64,000 nt of DNA from contig JAKASR010000006.1 in NCBI GenBank assembly GCA_021818955.1, positions 14,886 to 78,885 of the forward strand, in the 5' to 3' direction. The notes beneath the pieces were generated by a model. That model was not told where the DNA came from. It searched no databases and was given only the letters and a program-made list of their open reading frames with translations. Both the position numbers and the translations under genes were made by a program. This DNA is from Acidobacteriota bacterium (GTDB taxonomy: Bacteria; Acidobacteriota; Terriglobia; Terriglobales; SCQP01). Numbering within the stretch: the first letter of the stretch is position 1; every line of letters begins with the position of its first letter. Below, one piece after another: positions 7,609 through 16,604 of this stretch.

Positions 7609-9933
7609 CTATTCCAGCAATAGTCTAACCCGATCCAGCAAGGCCTCCGGGGTAAACGGTTTTTGCAAAGGCTCGCCGAACTCGTTCAAGTCATGGGTTT
7701 CCAGCGGCATCAACTTGGGGCCATAGGCGGAGACCAGCAGCGCCTTCAATTGCGGCCACTGCGCGCGTAGCCGCTGAATCAGTTCCGGCCCGGACATTTC
7801 CGGCAGCAGCACATCGCTGATGACCAGATCGGGCGGGCTGTCGGCTTTCGATTGCAGGTTCAAGGCCGCCAGCGGCGAGGCGGCTTCCAGCACTTCGTAG
7901 CCGGATAGCTCCAGCACCGAGCGCATCAGCCAGCGCATGCCCTCTTCGTCCTCCACCACCCAGATGCACTGGCGTTCGGCGGCAAGCGCCACGATGGATG
8001 GCGCCGGCGCGGACGGCCAGAAAATCTGGAACTGGGTGCCTTGACCGGATCGGCTCTCCACCGTCATGCCGGCGTGATTTTGCTCGGCCAGGCTATAGAC
8101 GGTGGTCAAACCCAAGCCGGTGCCGCCCTTATGCGCCCGGGTAGTAAAAAAAGGCTCGAAGATGTGCGACAGCGTGATTTCGTCCATACCTTCGCCCTGG
8201 TCGCGCACGCTGAGCTGCGCATACAAGCCGGCGGGAAGTTCAGTTGTCAAGGTGGAAAGCGGCTGCGGCAGGGAAAGTTCCCGGGTAGAAATATCCAGCC
8301 GGCCGCCGCGTGGCATGGCGGCGCGGGCATTGATGGCCAGGTTGTTGATCATCTGCTCCACCTGGCTGGCACGGGTGCGAATCCATAAGCTGCCGGGGGC
8401 CAAATCGAGCCTCAATGCCACTCCGAACGGGTTCAGCATGGATTCCACGGTAGGCGCCAGGCGGCGCAGGATGAGATTCAGGTCGAGCACTTCCAGCGCC
8501 GGCGGCTGCTGCCGGCCGATGGCAAGCAATTGTTCGGTCATGGCCGCCGCCCGCTGTCCGGCGGCGATAATTTTTTCCAGCGGTTCGCGCCAGGTGGTGC
8601 GCCGCTCATTCTGCGAGCGGTATTGATCGAGCAGTTGGCGCGCGGCAGTGTTGATGACCATTAAATAATTACTGAAATCGTGCGCCAGTCCGGCGGCCAT
8701 GCGCCCGACGCTCTCCAAGCGCTCGGCGCGTCCCAGCTTTTCCTGTAACCGTACCTGCCGGGTGATATCGTTCACGGTGGTGATCACATATAACGACTCG
8801 CCGCCGGGGGCGTGCTCGTCCGGCACGCGCAGCAGCCGGCCTTGAGTTTCCGCCCAGATGGCCTGCCCGTTTTTGGCGAGATAGCGTTTTTGCAAGCTGT
8901 AGGAGGCGATGCGGCCGGCGAGCACATCGTTATGGCGGGTAATGTGCGCGGGAATATCCTCCGGACTGGTGAATTCATAAAAGGGGCGCCCCAGCAATTC
9001 TTCCGGGCGAAAGCCGAGCATTTCACAGAAGCTGTGATTGACCTCGTGCAGGATATGCCGACGATCGCTAATGGTGATACCCACAGGGATGGTTTCGGCC
9101 AGATTGGCATAGCGCCGCTGGCTTTCGCTTAAGGCGCGCAGCGCCTGATGCTGCTCGCTGATATCGCGAAAAACCGCGTGGAAGTTGTGCCCGTCGCCAT
9201 CGCGGCTTTCCATATACTCGATTTCGAGCCGGATTTCCCGTTGCTCGCGATGCCATCCCGGCGCCTCGTAGCGTTCCCAATTCAGCGTGCGCTCGCCGGT
9301 TTTCAAAAAGCGTTCGAAGGCAGCGCGAAAGCGCGCCTTGTAATCCGGCGGCATCAGCATGGTCAAAGGCTGGCCGGCAAGCTCGGCGTGGCTATAGCCG
9401 AAGATCTTTTCCGCCGCCGGATTAGCGAACAGGATGCGAGCCTGCTCGTCAATGCTGATCATGCCCACGGCCGAGGTTTGGGTGAGCAGGCGATAGCGTT
9501 GTTCTGATTGGGTTAACTCCTGGCAACATTGCTGAGCTTGTTGCAGGGCTTCGAGGTCGCATCGATGCTGGCGCAGTTGCCGCAACGCCAGGGTCAGGGT
9601 ATCGGGAGCGAGCTCGGTGGCGAGCAGATAGCCGCCGGCACCGGCTGCAAGCGCCGCTTCCCCCATGCCGGCATCACCAGCGAGCGCCAGCGTCATTTTC
9701 TGGGCTAATAATTCGCGTCCGGCCGCGGTGCCCGCGGCATTGAGATCCAACAAGACGGCGTCAAATTCGCTTTCCCGCGCCCGAATTTCTTCCAGAGCCT
9801 GCTCGGGATGCGCATACACCCGCACGCGGATCGAAGCCCCTTCCAGCAGTTGGCTCATACGCCGCAAGAGACTGGAATTATTGGAGATGCAAGCAATACT
9901 GTGGGCTTGGCTGGAGGCCGCAGGGGAAGACAT
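7609..9933 (-). CDS. Hybrid PAS sensor histidine kinase (N-terminal receiver-like domain, 2 PAS, HisKA/HATPase, C-terminal receiver)
   Basis: H-box AAGLAHDFSNYL. ATPase G-box GGTGLGLTTVY. C-terminal REC IWVVEDEE...DLVISDVLLPEMSG. PAS-like segments (ILFANPAAEKIFGY; ILHEVNHSFCEMLGF). Confidence 0.85.
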   Translation of the reverse strand: MSSPAASSQAHSIACISNNSSLLRRMSQLLEGASIRVRVYAHPEQALEEIRARESEFDAVLLDLNAAGTAAGRELLAQKMTLALAGDAGMGEAALAAGAGGYLLATELAPDTLTLALRQLRQHRCDLEALQQAQQCCQELTQSEQRYRLLTQTSAVGMISIDEQARILFANPAAEKIFGYSHAELAGQPLTMLMPPDYKARFRAAFERFLKTGERTLNWERYEAPGWHREQREIRLEIEYMESRDGDGHNFHAVFRDISEQHQALRALSESQRRYANLAETIPVGITISDRRHILHEVNHSFCEMLGFRPEELLGRPFYEFTSPEDIPAHITRHNDVLAGRIASYSLQKRYLAKNGQAIWAETQGRLLRVPDEHAPGGESLYVITTVNDITRQVRLQEKLGRAERLESVGRMAAGLAHDFSNYLMVINTAARQLLDQYRSQNERRTTWREPLEKIIAAGQRAAAMTEQLLAIGRQQPPALEVLDLNLILRRLAPTVESMLNPFGVALRLDLAPGSLWIRTRASQVEQMINNLAINARAAMPRGGRLDISTRELSLPQPLSTLTTELPAGLYAQLSVRDQGEGMDEITLSHIFEPFFTTRAHKGGTGLGLTTVYSLAEQNHAGMTVESRSGQGTQFQIFWPSAPAPSIVALAAERQCIWVVEDEEGMRWLMRSVLELSGYEVLEAASPLAALNLQSKADSPPDLVISDVLLPEMSGPELIQRLRAQWPQLKALLVSAYGPKLMPLETHDLNEFGEPLQKPFTPEALLDRVRLLLE

Positions 9934-9945
9934 GCTAGATTTCTA

Positions 9946-10083
9946 GCGGCACGGCCGCTTTTTATTTTGAGGCACCGATTCCATAGTGCGGAAATAAGAG
10001 GCAGCCGGCATTTGAACCGCCTAGGGCGGACATCTCGGCCTGCCCTCCAGGCATGCACTACGGTTCGCCTCGGCCGTTAACGC
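9946..10083 (-). repeat. Inverted, diverged copy of the dispersed repeat (both termini retained)
   Basis: The reverse complement of 9946-9962 is AAAAGCGGCCGTGCCGC, an exact 17-nt match to the right terminus. The reverse complement of 10069-10083 is GCGTTAACGGCCGAG, an exact 15-nt match to the left terminus. The internal CATGCCTG...GGCCG block is shared with 57283-57297. Confidence 0.7.
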
Positions 10084-10266
10084 CTACTATCGTTAAGATG
10101 AGAAATTCGGCATTTAAGGTGCTGGAAGCTGCGGATTTTACTCCTGAATTTACGCGACCCTCCAGCTTTGATCCAATCCCAACTGCAAGAGTTTGCAGTG
10201 TACATAACGGCCGTTTCATTTACAAATTCCGGACATGCGACTTGAAGAGTCATGGAAAAATGAAAC

Positions 10267-11454
10267 ATGCCCGATCCGCGCTTTGCCCGACGCACGGCCT
10301 GGGAATTCGATCCCGACCCATTAGGTTCCTTAGCGGAGCGGTTGCGCGTCCGAGGCGAGCTTTACGACTTGACCGAATCGAATCCGACGCGATGTGGCTT
10401 CCATTATGAGGATGCGCGTATCCGGACGGCGCTAGCCGATGCGCGCAACCTGCTCTATGCTCCCGACCCGCGCGGGCAAGCCTCGGCCCGTGCCGCCGTC
10501 CAGGCGTATTATCAGGCCCGCCGCATTGACCTGGACCCCGGGCGCATTTGGCTTACCGCAAGCACCAGTGAGGCCTATTCGCACCTTTTTCGTCTGCTGG
10601 CCGATGCCGGCGAGCGGGTGCACGCGCCGCAGCCGGGATATCCGCTCTTCGAACTTCTGGCTGGACAGAACGATCTTGAATTGGCCGCCTACAAACTGCA
10701 CTATGATGGCGGCGCCTGGGAACTGGATTGGGAATCGTTGGAAAGCGCCTGGACGCCTCAATCGCGGCTAGTGTTATTGCTGAATCCCAACAATCCTACC
10801 GGCGCTTACCTGCGCGCGGGCGAATGGCCGCGCCTGCAGGCTTGGGCGGCGGAACGCGGTTTGGCGCTGGTGGTGGATGAGGTTTTTTTCGACTATGCTT
10901 TTGCGCCCGACCCGAACCGATTGTGCGACTGCCTTCAGGACGCCACCGCGCTGACCTTCGTCTTGAGCGGCTTATCCAAAGTAGCGGCGCTGCCGCAAAT
11001 GAAGTTGGGCTGGATTGTGCTGGCCGGTCCCGCAGGGGCCGCCGCCGCCGCCATCCAGCGTCTGGAAATGATACTCGACATTTACTTGAGCGTCGCCGCG
11101 CCGGTGCAGAATGCCGCGACGGAACTGCTGGCCACCGCCCCCGCCATCCAGGCGCAGATTCGCGCCCGCACCCTGGCGAATTTACGGGAACTCGACGCCG
11201 GCTTGAGCGCGAGCCCGGAAGTGACGCGTTTTGCGGTGGAAGGCGGCTGGTATGCCACTTTGCGCCTGCCCCGCCATCATGACGATGAAACCTGGGCCCG
11301 GCGGCTGCTGGAACAGGACTCGGTTTATCTGCATCCTGGCCATTTTTATGGTTTTTCCCAGGAAGGCTGCGCGGTCGTGAGCCTGCTGCCGCGCGAGCCG
11401 GATTTCCGCGAAGGGATACGTCGGCTGCTGGAGCGCGTCAGGCAAGCCAGCTAG
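10267..11454 (+). CDS. Pyridoxal-phosphate-dependent aminotransferase (class I/II)
   Basis: 395 aa. PLP-lysine region LSGLSKVAALPQMKLGWIVL. NPNNPTG motif (LLNPNNPTGAY). Confidence 0.8.
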   Translation: MPDPRFARRTAWEFDPDPLGSLAERLRVRGELYDLTESNPTRCGFHYEDARIRTALADARNLLYAPDPRGQASARAAVQAYYQARRIDLDPGRIWLTASTSEAYSHLFRLLADAGERVHAPQPGYPLFELLAGQNDLELAAYKLHYDGGAWELDWESLESAWTPQSRLVLLLNPNNPTGAYLRAGEWPRLQAWAAERGLALVVDEVFFDYAFAPDPNRLCDCLQDATALTFVLSGLSKVAALPQMKLGWIVLAGPAGAAAAAIQRLEMILDIYLSVAAPVQNAATELLATAPAIQAQIRARTLANLRELDAGLSASPEVTRFAVEGGWYATLRLPRHHDDETWARRLLEQDSVYLHPGHFYGFSQEGCAVVSLLPREPDFREGIRRLLERVRQAS

Positions 11455-11502
11455 CAGGCAGCCCATCGCCCCGCAAGCCCGAACGGATCGTTTCAGCGGC
11501 GG

Positions 11503-12417
11503 CTAATGCGGCTCTTCATATCGGGTGAGATGGGCGATAATCGTGCCCCAACTGACTTGCGCTTTCACCATCACCGGCAGGTGCAGGCGATCGTCGCTGA
11601 ACCAGATCCACATCCGCCCCGGACGGTGGAAGACGGCGGTATTGAAAATATGCGGCTCGGCGCGCAGGGTGTGGAATGTCCCCGCCGGCGTGATCACCGT
11701 TTCTTTTAAATCGGGGATCAGCCGCACTTCCACGGTTTTGCCGCCCTCGTTGACCGGGAAATTGTAAACCTCGTTGAGTTTCAAAGGCAACTGGCGGACA
11801 TAATACAAGGCCGTGAAAAGATCGAGCACGCAACCGGGGATGGCCTGCTGGGAGTGCTTGTATCGCGGACGCGGGCCGCTCAGATTCGTCTCTTGGAGCG
11901 TCAATTTGTGGCGAAGCAGATGATAGACAATGCGGGTGCGCAGCTTACGCCGGCCTTCGAGCGTGTTTTTCCGCACGCTGCGAGTGCAAAAATTGTTCTG
12001 GTCGTAAAACGATTCAATCTGGTCGCGCACCGGAAACAGCACCGAGACCACGCCGGTGGAGACGGCCGAAAAAGTAATTTCGCGATCGACGCCGCGCCGG
12101 CCCAGCGTCAACATCGCATTGCCGGCGGGCCATAAGCGCCAAGTAGCGGAGTAATACAATTGCTCGCCCACTGGAATCCGCGAGCGCGCCTGAGGGGCTA
12201 TGACGGCTTTGACCGGCGCGGACGGCTGCGGATCATTCGCGGGGGCGAGGGCGGTCGCCCGGAATAACAGCAGCAGCGCTGCCGAGAAGGCGGCGAGGAG
12301 ATATGGCAGGCCACGCTTCAAGCCGTGCTCCAAAATCAGCAATCGATCACGGCGGGGCTGCAAAGCGCCGGCTTGGTTCATTATGCCAATGGCCAAACCG
12401 GCGAGTTCGCCGGACAA
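11503..12417 (-). CDS. DUF3108-like protein (secreted/periplasmic, unknown function)
   Basis: 304 aa with an N-terminal TM/signal segment. Overall resemblance to DUF3108 (YYSATWRLWPAGNAMLTL..., C-terminal beta-rich region). Confidence 0.5.
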   Translation of the reverse strand: MSGELAGLAIGIMNQAGALQPRRDRLLILEHGLKRGLPYLLAAFSAALLLLFRATALAPANDPQPSAPVKAVIAPQARSRIPVGEQLYYSATWRLWPAGNAMLTLGRRGVDREITFSAVSTGVVSVLFPVRDQIESFYDQNNFCTRSVRKNTLEGRRKLRTRIVYHLLRHKLTLQETNLSGPRPRYKHSQQAIPGCVLDLFTALYYVRQLPLKLNEVYNFPVNEGGKTVEVRLIPDLKETVITPAGTFHTLRAEPHIFNTAVFHRPGRMWIWFSDDRLHLPVMVKAQVSWGTIIAHLTRYEEPH

Positions 12418-12424
12418 ATTGGTG

Positions 12425-12988
12425 CTACGGCATATAGCCGTGTATTCTCCACCACATCTTGACCAACAAGGCCAACGTCACCAACAAATAGCCTAATAAG
12501 GCATTGTACTCGCGGTGGCGCCAATAACGGCGCCAGGAAAAAACAGCCGCGGGGCCGGGCAGGCCGGCGGCCGACCGGCGGCGCGGCCAAAAGCGCGGTA
12601 CGGCGCCGCAATAAGCGTTAAATTCAGCGCCAAAGCGCGATTGAAGAAAGCCTTCCTCGCGGCGAATGACGGGCAGGTAAATGCCCCAAAGCAAAGCTGC
12701 CACGAGGACGGCGATGAGCCAATCGCGGGCGACCCAAAGAAAGCCGGCGGCCAGCAGCAGACTGCCGAGATAGAGCGGATTGCGCGTCCAGCGGTAAGGC
12801 CCGCTGGTGGTGAGGCGGGCATTTTTTTCAATGTGGCCGGCGGAGGCGGCGCGCAGCGCCAGGCCGCAAAAGGCCAGCGGCAGACCGAGCGCCAGGCTGG
12901 CGGGCGTGGGGCGGGCGCGCAGCAGATAGATCGCCGCCAACACAAAGCCGAGCGGCACGCGATAACGGGTTGGATCCCAACCGCTCAT
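12425..12988 (-). CDS. Membrane methyltransferase, isoprenylcysteine carboxyl / phospholipid methyltransferase family
   Basis: 187 aa, multi-TM. Family motif TSGPYRWTRNPLYLGSLL. 4-nt overlap with the upstream GT9 gene. Confidence 0.65.
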   Translation of the reverse strand: MSGWDPTRYRVPLGFVLAAIYLLRARPTPASLALGLPLAFCGLALRAASAGHIEKNARLTTSGPYRWTRNPLYLGSLLLAAGFLWVARDWLIAVLVAALLWGIYLPVIRREEGFLQSRFGAEFNAYCGAVPRFWPRRRSAAGLPGPAAVFSWRRYWRHREYNALLGYLLVTLALLVKMWWRIHGYMP

Positions 12989-13959
12989 GCCGTGGATGGC
13001 GCCGCCGCCAGCAGTTCCACGCAGGCGGCGTGAGCTTCCTCGACCGAAATGGCCAGCAGCGCGGGTGAGGTTTCCCGCCCGCGCATATAGCGGCCGTTGC
13101 GCGAAGCTTGCGGCGGAGCCTTATAGAGAATGCGCACGTTCGCGCCGAGCGGGCCGTTACGTTCCGGATCGGTCGGCCCGAACAGGCCCAGCGCCGGCGT
13201 GCCCAAAGCCGCCGCCAGGTGCAGCGGTCCGGTATCCCCGCCCACCACCAGGCGCGCCGCTTGCAACATCGCCGCTAAGGGCAAGAGCCCGCCACGGAAA
13301 ACAGGAATGCCGGCCTGCTCGAATAAGGCATCCTGTGGGCCATGATTAACCACGGGCGCCAGTCCCTGGTTGCGCCGCAGCGCGCCGGCCAGTTCGCGAT
13401 AGCGTACGGCCGGCCAGAGCTTCGATTCCCAGCCACCGCCGGGCAGCAGGAAGGCCATGGCTTCCGTGCCTTGCCGGGCGCGCCACTGCCGCGTTTCGGC
13501 CTGAACCGATGCCGGAATCGTCAGCAAAAACTGAGGAAAGTCCGGCGCCGGGGCCAAATCGCCCGCTAGTTCGAGCAATTGTCCGGTGATATGGGCGGAG
13601 CGCGGGCGCACCTGGCGGGTGTAAAACCAGGCGGCGGCGCGCTCTCGCAGCCACGGGGTGGCGAGCCCGAGGCGTCGCCGGGCGCCGCTGAGCAACCCGA
13701 GCAGGGAAGATTTGAAATTGCCTTGCAGATCGAGTGTGATATCCGGCTGAAATCGGCGCGCCGGCCACCAGCTCAAGCCCGTAATCGGGATAACGCGGTC
13801 GAGCGCCGGATGATGTTCCACCAGCGGCAGCCAGCGCTCGCCTACCGCCCAGGCCAACTCCGCTTCGGGCAAGGCCGAGCGCAGGCTGGACGCCACCGGC
13901 AAAGCGTGCACGATGTCGCCCAGGCTGCTCAGTTTTAAAATCAGCACCCGCTGACGCAT
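12985..13959 (-). CDS. Glycosyltransferase family 9 (heptosyltransferase-like)
   Basis: N-terminus RVLILKLSSLGDIVHALP. C-terminal GGDTGPLHLAAALGTP, typical of GT9. Confidence 0.8.
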   Translation of the reverse strand: MRQRVLILKLSSLGDIVHALPVASSLRSALPEAELAWAVGERWLPLVEHHPALDRVIPITGLSWWPARRFQPDITLDLQGNFKSSLLGLLSGARRRLGLATPWLRERAAAWFYTRQVRPRSAHITGQLLELAGDLAPAPDFPQFLLTIPASVQAETRQWRARQGTEAMAFLLPGGGWESKLWPAVRYRELAGALRRNQGLAPVVNHGPQDALFEQAGIPVFRGGLLPLAAMLQAARLVVGGDTGPLHLAAALGTPALGLFGPTDPERNGPLGANVRILYKAPPQASRNGRYMRGRETSPALLAISVEEAHAACVELLAAAPSTA

Positions 13960-13976
13960 GAGCGTACTCCGCCGGC

Positions 13977-14528
13977 CTATTCTGCCGGACGGGCGTGGCG
14001 AATCGCCTCGAGCAAGCCGCTGCTGGCATGATTTTTGGGGTCACCGGCAATGGCGACCTGGATACCTAGCCGCCGCGCCAGTTCGCGCTCAGGCACCGAC
14101 TCAATGGTGTAATCAGTGCCTTTGGCGTGCACATTCGGACGCAGGCGTTCGAGCCAATGGTTCACATTGGGTTCGGAAAAAATGACTACCGCATCCACGA
14201 CGCGCAAGGCCGCCACCAAACGGGCGCGATCGCCGGCGGCCATAACCGGGCGTCCCGGGCCTTTCAGCGCCGCCGCACTGGCATCATCGTTAATGGCCAC
14301 CACCAGCCGGTCACCCAACATGCGCGCTCCCGCCAGGTAGCGCGCATGGCCAACATGCAGCGGATCGAAGCAGCCATTGGCCAGCACAATCCGCTGGCGG
14401 CGCGCCCGCCATTCCGCCGACCGCGCCAGCAGCGCAGGGCCAGCCATAATCTTGACCGCAGTGGAGTCAAATTCAGTCACAGTCTCAACATAATGGCCGA
14501 TCCCGTGCGCCGCTGGCAACGGCGGCAA
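13977..14528 (-). CDS. D-glycero-beta-D-manno-heptose-1-phosphate adenylyltransferase (HldC / RfaE domain II type)
   Basis: Cytidylyltransferase-fold motif NGCFDPLHVGHARYL. The true start may be the internal ATG at 14447 (MAGPALL...). Confidence 0.75.
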   Translation of the reverse strand: MPPLPAAHGIGHYVETVTEFDSTAVKIMAGPALLARSAEWRARRQRIVLANGCFDPLHVGHARYLAGARMLGDRLVVAINDDASAAALKGPGRPVMAAGDRARLVAALRVVDAVVIFSEPNVNHWLERLRPNVHAKGTDYTIESVPERELARRLGIQVAIAGDPKNHASSGLLEAIRHARPAE

Positions 14529-14612
14529 ATGGCCAGCGGTGAAATTCGGCTTGAATTCTGTAAATCGCAGGCGAAGCTCCTCCCTTTGCAGGGGCGGGAG
14601 GGCCGCCGTATT

Positions 14613-15614
14613 TTAGGTGGCCTGCGCCCGGGCCCAGGCCGGCGCCAGTTCGTCGGGGGTGAGCGTTGCGGTGCCGCGCTTCATGACCACCAGACCGGCG
14701 GCGCAGTTGGCTAGCCAGGCGGCGGTTTCCATATCCGATCCTGCGGCCAGCGCAGCCGTAAAAACCGCCAGCACGGTATCGCCCGCGCCGGTAACGTCCA
14801 CCGCCTGGTCCTGCCCGAAGATGGGGACATGCAAGGTCGGGCGTTCGGGCAAAAACAGCGCCATGCCGTCGCGACCGCGGGTAATCAGCAAGCCAAGCGC
14901 CTCCAATTCGCGCAGCATGCGCCGCCCGGCCTCTTCCAGCCGGATTTCGTCATGACCAATCGCCAAATGATAAAGGTCTTCGACTTCCTCTTCATTGGGA
15001 GTCGCCGCAGTCACCCCGGCATAGGCGGTGACCCCTGAGCGGGCATCCACTGTGACGGGCAACTGCGATGGCAGTTGCGGGCGCAAGGCCTGCCAGCCCG
15101 CCGGCCAGACCGCTCCGTATCCGTAATCGCAGAGCAAAAGCGCATGGCAGCGACGCGCCAGGCGCAGCGCGTGCGCCAGCAAGCGGCGACGCAGAGCGGG
15201 AGAATCCAGCGGGCCCGGTTCGCGATCAATTCGAATGACCTGCTGGCGGGTAGTGTGCGCGTGACCGGCAAGAATGCGCGTTTTAGTTGGGGTCAACCGT
15301 TGCCGCACCCGCAACAGGCCGCTGACATTCATGCGCATCGCGGCAAATTGCCGCATCAACTCGGTACCCGCTTCATCATCGCCAATCACGCCGACCAGGC
15401 TGACGCTGGCTCCCAGGGATGCCAGGTTCGCGGCAGTATTGGCGCCGCCGCCCGGCACCAGCGCTCGATCGCGGTGCTTCAAAATCAGCACCGGCGCTTC
15501 CCGCGAAACCCGGGTGATTTCGCCATAAAGGAATTCGTCGGCGATGAAATCGCCCCATACGACTAGGTGCAAGCCGGCCAGGCGCTCGACCAGATTATGG
15601 CTGGCTGCGCTCAT
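14613..15614 (-). CDS. PfkB-family sugar kinase (heptose-7-phosphate kinase, HldA / RfaE domain I type)
   Basis: Motifs VPGGGANTAANLASLGA and DVTGAGDTVLAVF. Start set at ATG 15614 (MSAASHNLVERL...), giving an ATGA overlap with the gmhB stop. The 106-codon upstream extension in the ORF track lies inside gmhB. Confidence 0.8.
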   Translation of the reverse strand: MSAASHNLVERLAGLHLVVWGDFIADEFLYGEITRVSREAPVLILKHRDRALVPGGGANTAANLASLGASVSLVGVIGDDEAGTELMRQFAAMRMNVSGLLRVRQRLTPTKTRILAGHAHTTRQQVIRIDREPGPLDSPALRRRLLAHALRLARRCHALLLCDYGYGAVWPAGWQALRPQLPSQLPVTVDARSGVTAYAGVTAATPNEEEVEDLYHLAIGHDEIRLEEAGRRMLRELEALGLLITRGRDGMALFLPERPTLHVPIFGQDQAVDVTGAGDTVLAVFTAALAAGSDMETAAWLANCAAGLVVMKRGTATLTPDELAPAWARAQAT

Positions 15615-16264
15615 GCGGTTTCCGTCGTGGCGGAAATCAGTGCGCCTGCGTTGTCGCCGCGGCGCGCCGGCCGCGGCGAATGCGGAGGTTTCAAGATGCT
15701 TTCCACCGCTTCCAGGACGCCGGTTGCGATCAGGTCGGGACGCCGCGACCAATCGGCCTGCGATGCCAGCTCCCGGCGTCCATAGCCGGTCAGCACCAGC
15801 GCGGCTTTGCCGCCTTCGGTTTGCATCATCGCCGTTTCCATCTGGCGGTCGCTGATCAGCCAGCATGCGGCGAGATTCAAATGCCGCTCCCGAACGGCGC
15901 GCCGCAACATGCCCGGACGCGGTTTGCGGCACTCGCAGACTTGGCGATAAGGCGGCTCCCCATGTTCGGGATGATGCGGACAGTAATAGATGGCGTCCAG
16001 CCGCGCGCCGCCCTTTCGGAGTTCGGCCTCAAGCTGCGCGTGGATGCGTTTTAACATCGCTTCATTCAGCAAACCGCGCGCAACCCCCGCCTGGTTCGTG
16101 ATCAAAATGGCCAAACGTCCGCTCCGATTGACGCGCCGCACTGCCTTGGCTGCTTCGGGATAGATGTGGAGTTCATCCGGATTGCGGATATAACCCAGTT
16201 CCTCATTGAGCACGCCATCGCGGTCGAAAAAAATCGCGCTGCGCCGGGGAATTGAAGAGGCCAT
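15611..16264 (-). CDS. gmhB: D-glycero-D-manno-heptose-1,7-bisphosphate phosphatase (HAD family)
   Basis: HAD motif I FFDRDGVLNEE. Zn-binding-loop-like CPHHPEHGEPPYRQVCECRKP. Start set at ATG 16264 (MASSIPRR...). Confidence 0.8.
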   Translation of the reverse strand: MASSIPRRSAIFFDRDGVLNEELGYIRNPDELHIYPEAAKAVRRVNRSGRLAILITNQAGVARGLLNEAMLKRIHAQLEAELRKGGARLDAIYYCPHHPEHGEPPYRQVCECRKPRPGMLRRAVRERHLNLAACWLISDRQMETAMMQTEGGKAALVLTGYGRRELASQADWSRRPDLIATGVLEAVESILKPPHSPRPARRGDNAGALISATTETA

Positions 16265-16336
16265 ATCATCTACATTGTATGTTGCGTTGACGCCTTTTTG
16301 CCGGAGGAGGAGCGGGGACGGGAAGCCGCGCCCCGG

Positions 16337-16366
16337 TTGACAATGCGCACAGCTAAGCCCTAAAAT
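16337..16366 (+). promoter_or_regulatory. Candidate sigma70 promoter of the rplM-rpsI operon
   Basis: TTGACA (16337-16342), 18-nt spacer, TAAAAT (16361-16366). Lies about 235 nt upstream of the rplM ATG. Confidence 0.45.
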
Positions 16367-16604
16367 TAACAACTGCCCTGCCTTCTACCCCTCCGCCAAC
16401 GGCAGGGATTGGATGAATAACGCCCCGACCGGAACTTAAAAGCCGGACAATGAAGTTGAGGGGAAGGGAAGGGCCGCGCCCCGGCTGGGAGAGCATTTTG
16501 CCAACCAGCGGCGCGTACGCAGCCGCGCTAAGCGGAAAAAGTTTGCGCTGTCCACACTGCCCCATCGCGGCGGCGCGGCAGCCGGAAGTTGAGGATCGTT
16601 GCGC

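Noticed and set aside
14613-15932. N-terminal extensions in the ORF track. Examples: 14613-15932, 15611-16372, 19032-19856, 41866-43278, 44314-45780, 45510-46841, 46691-47893, 54318-57113, 58521-58907, and 59814-60998.
   Set aside because: In each case the extension overlaps the preceding gene or non-coding repeat and is of low complexity. The conserved family N-terminus begins at an internal ATG or GTG, often with an SD or a 4-nt stop/start overlap.
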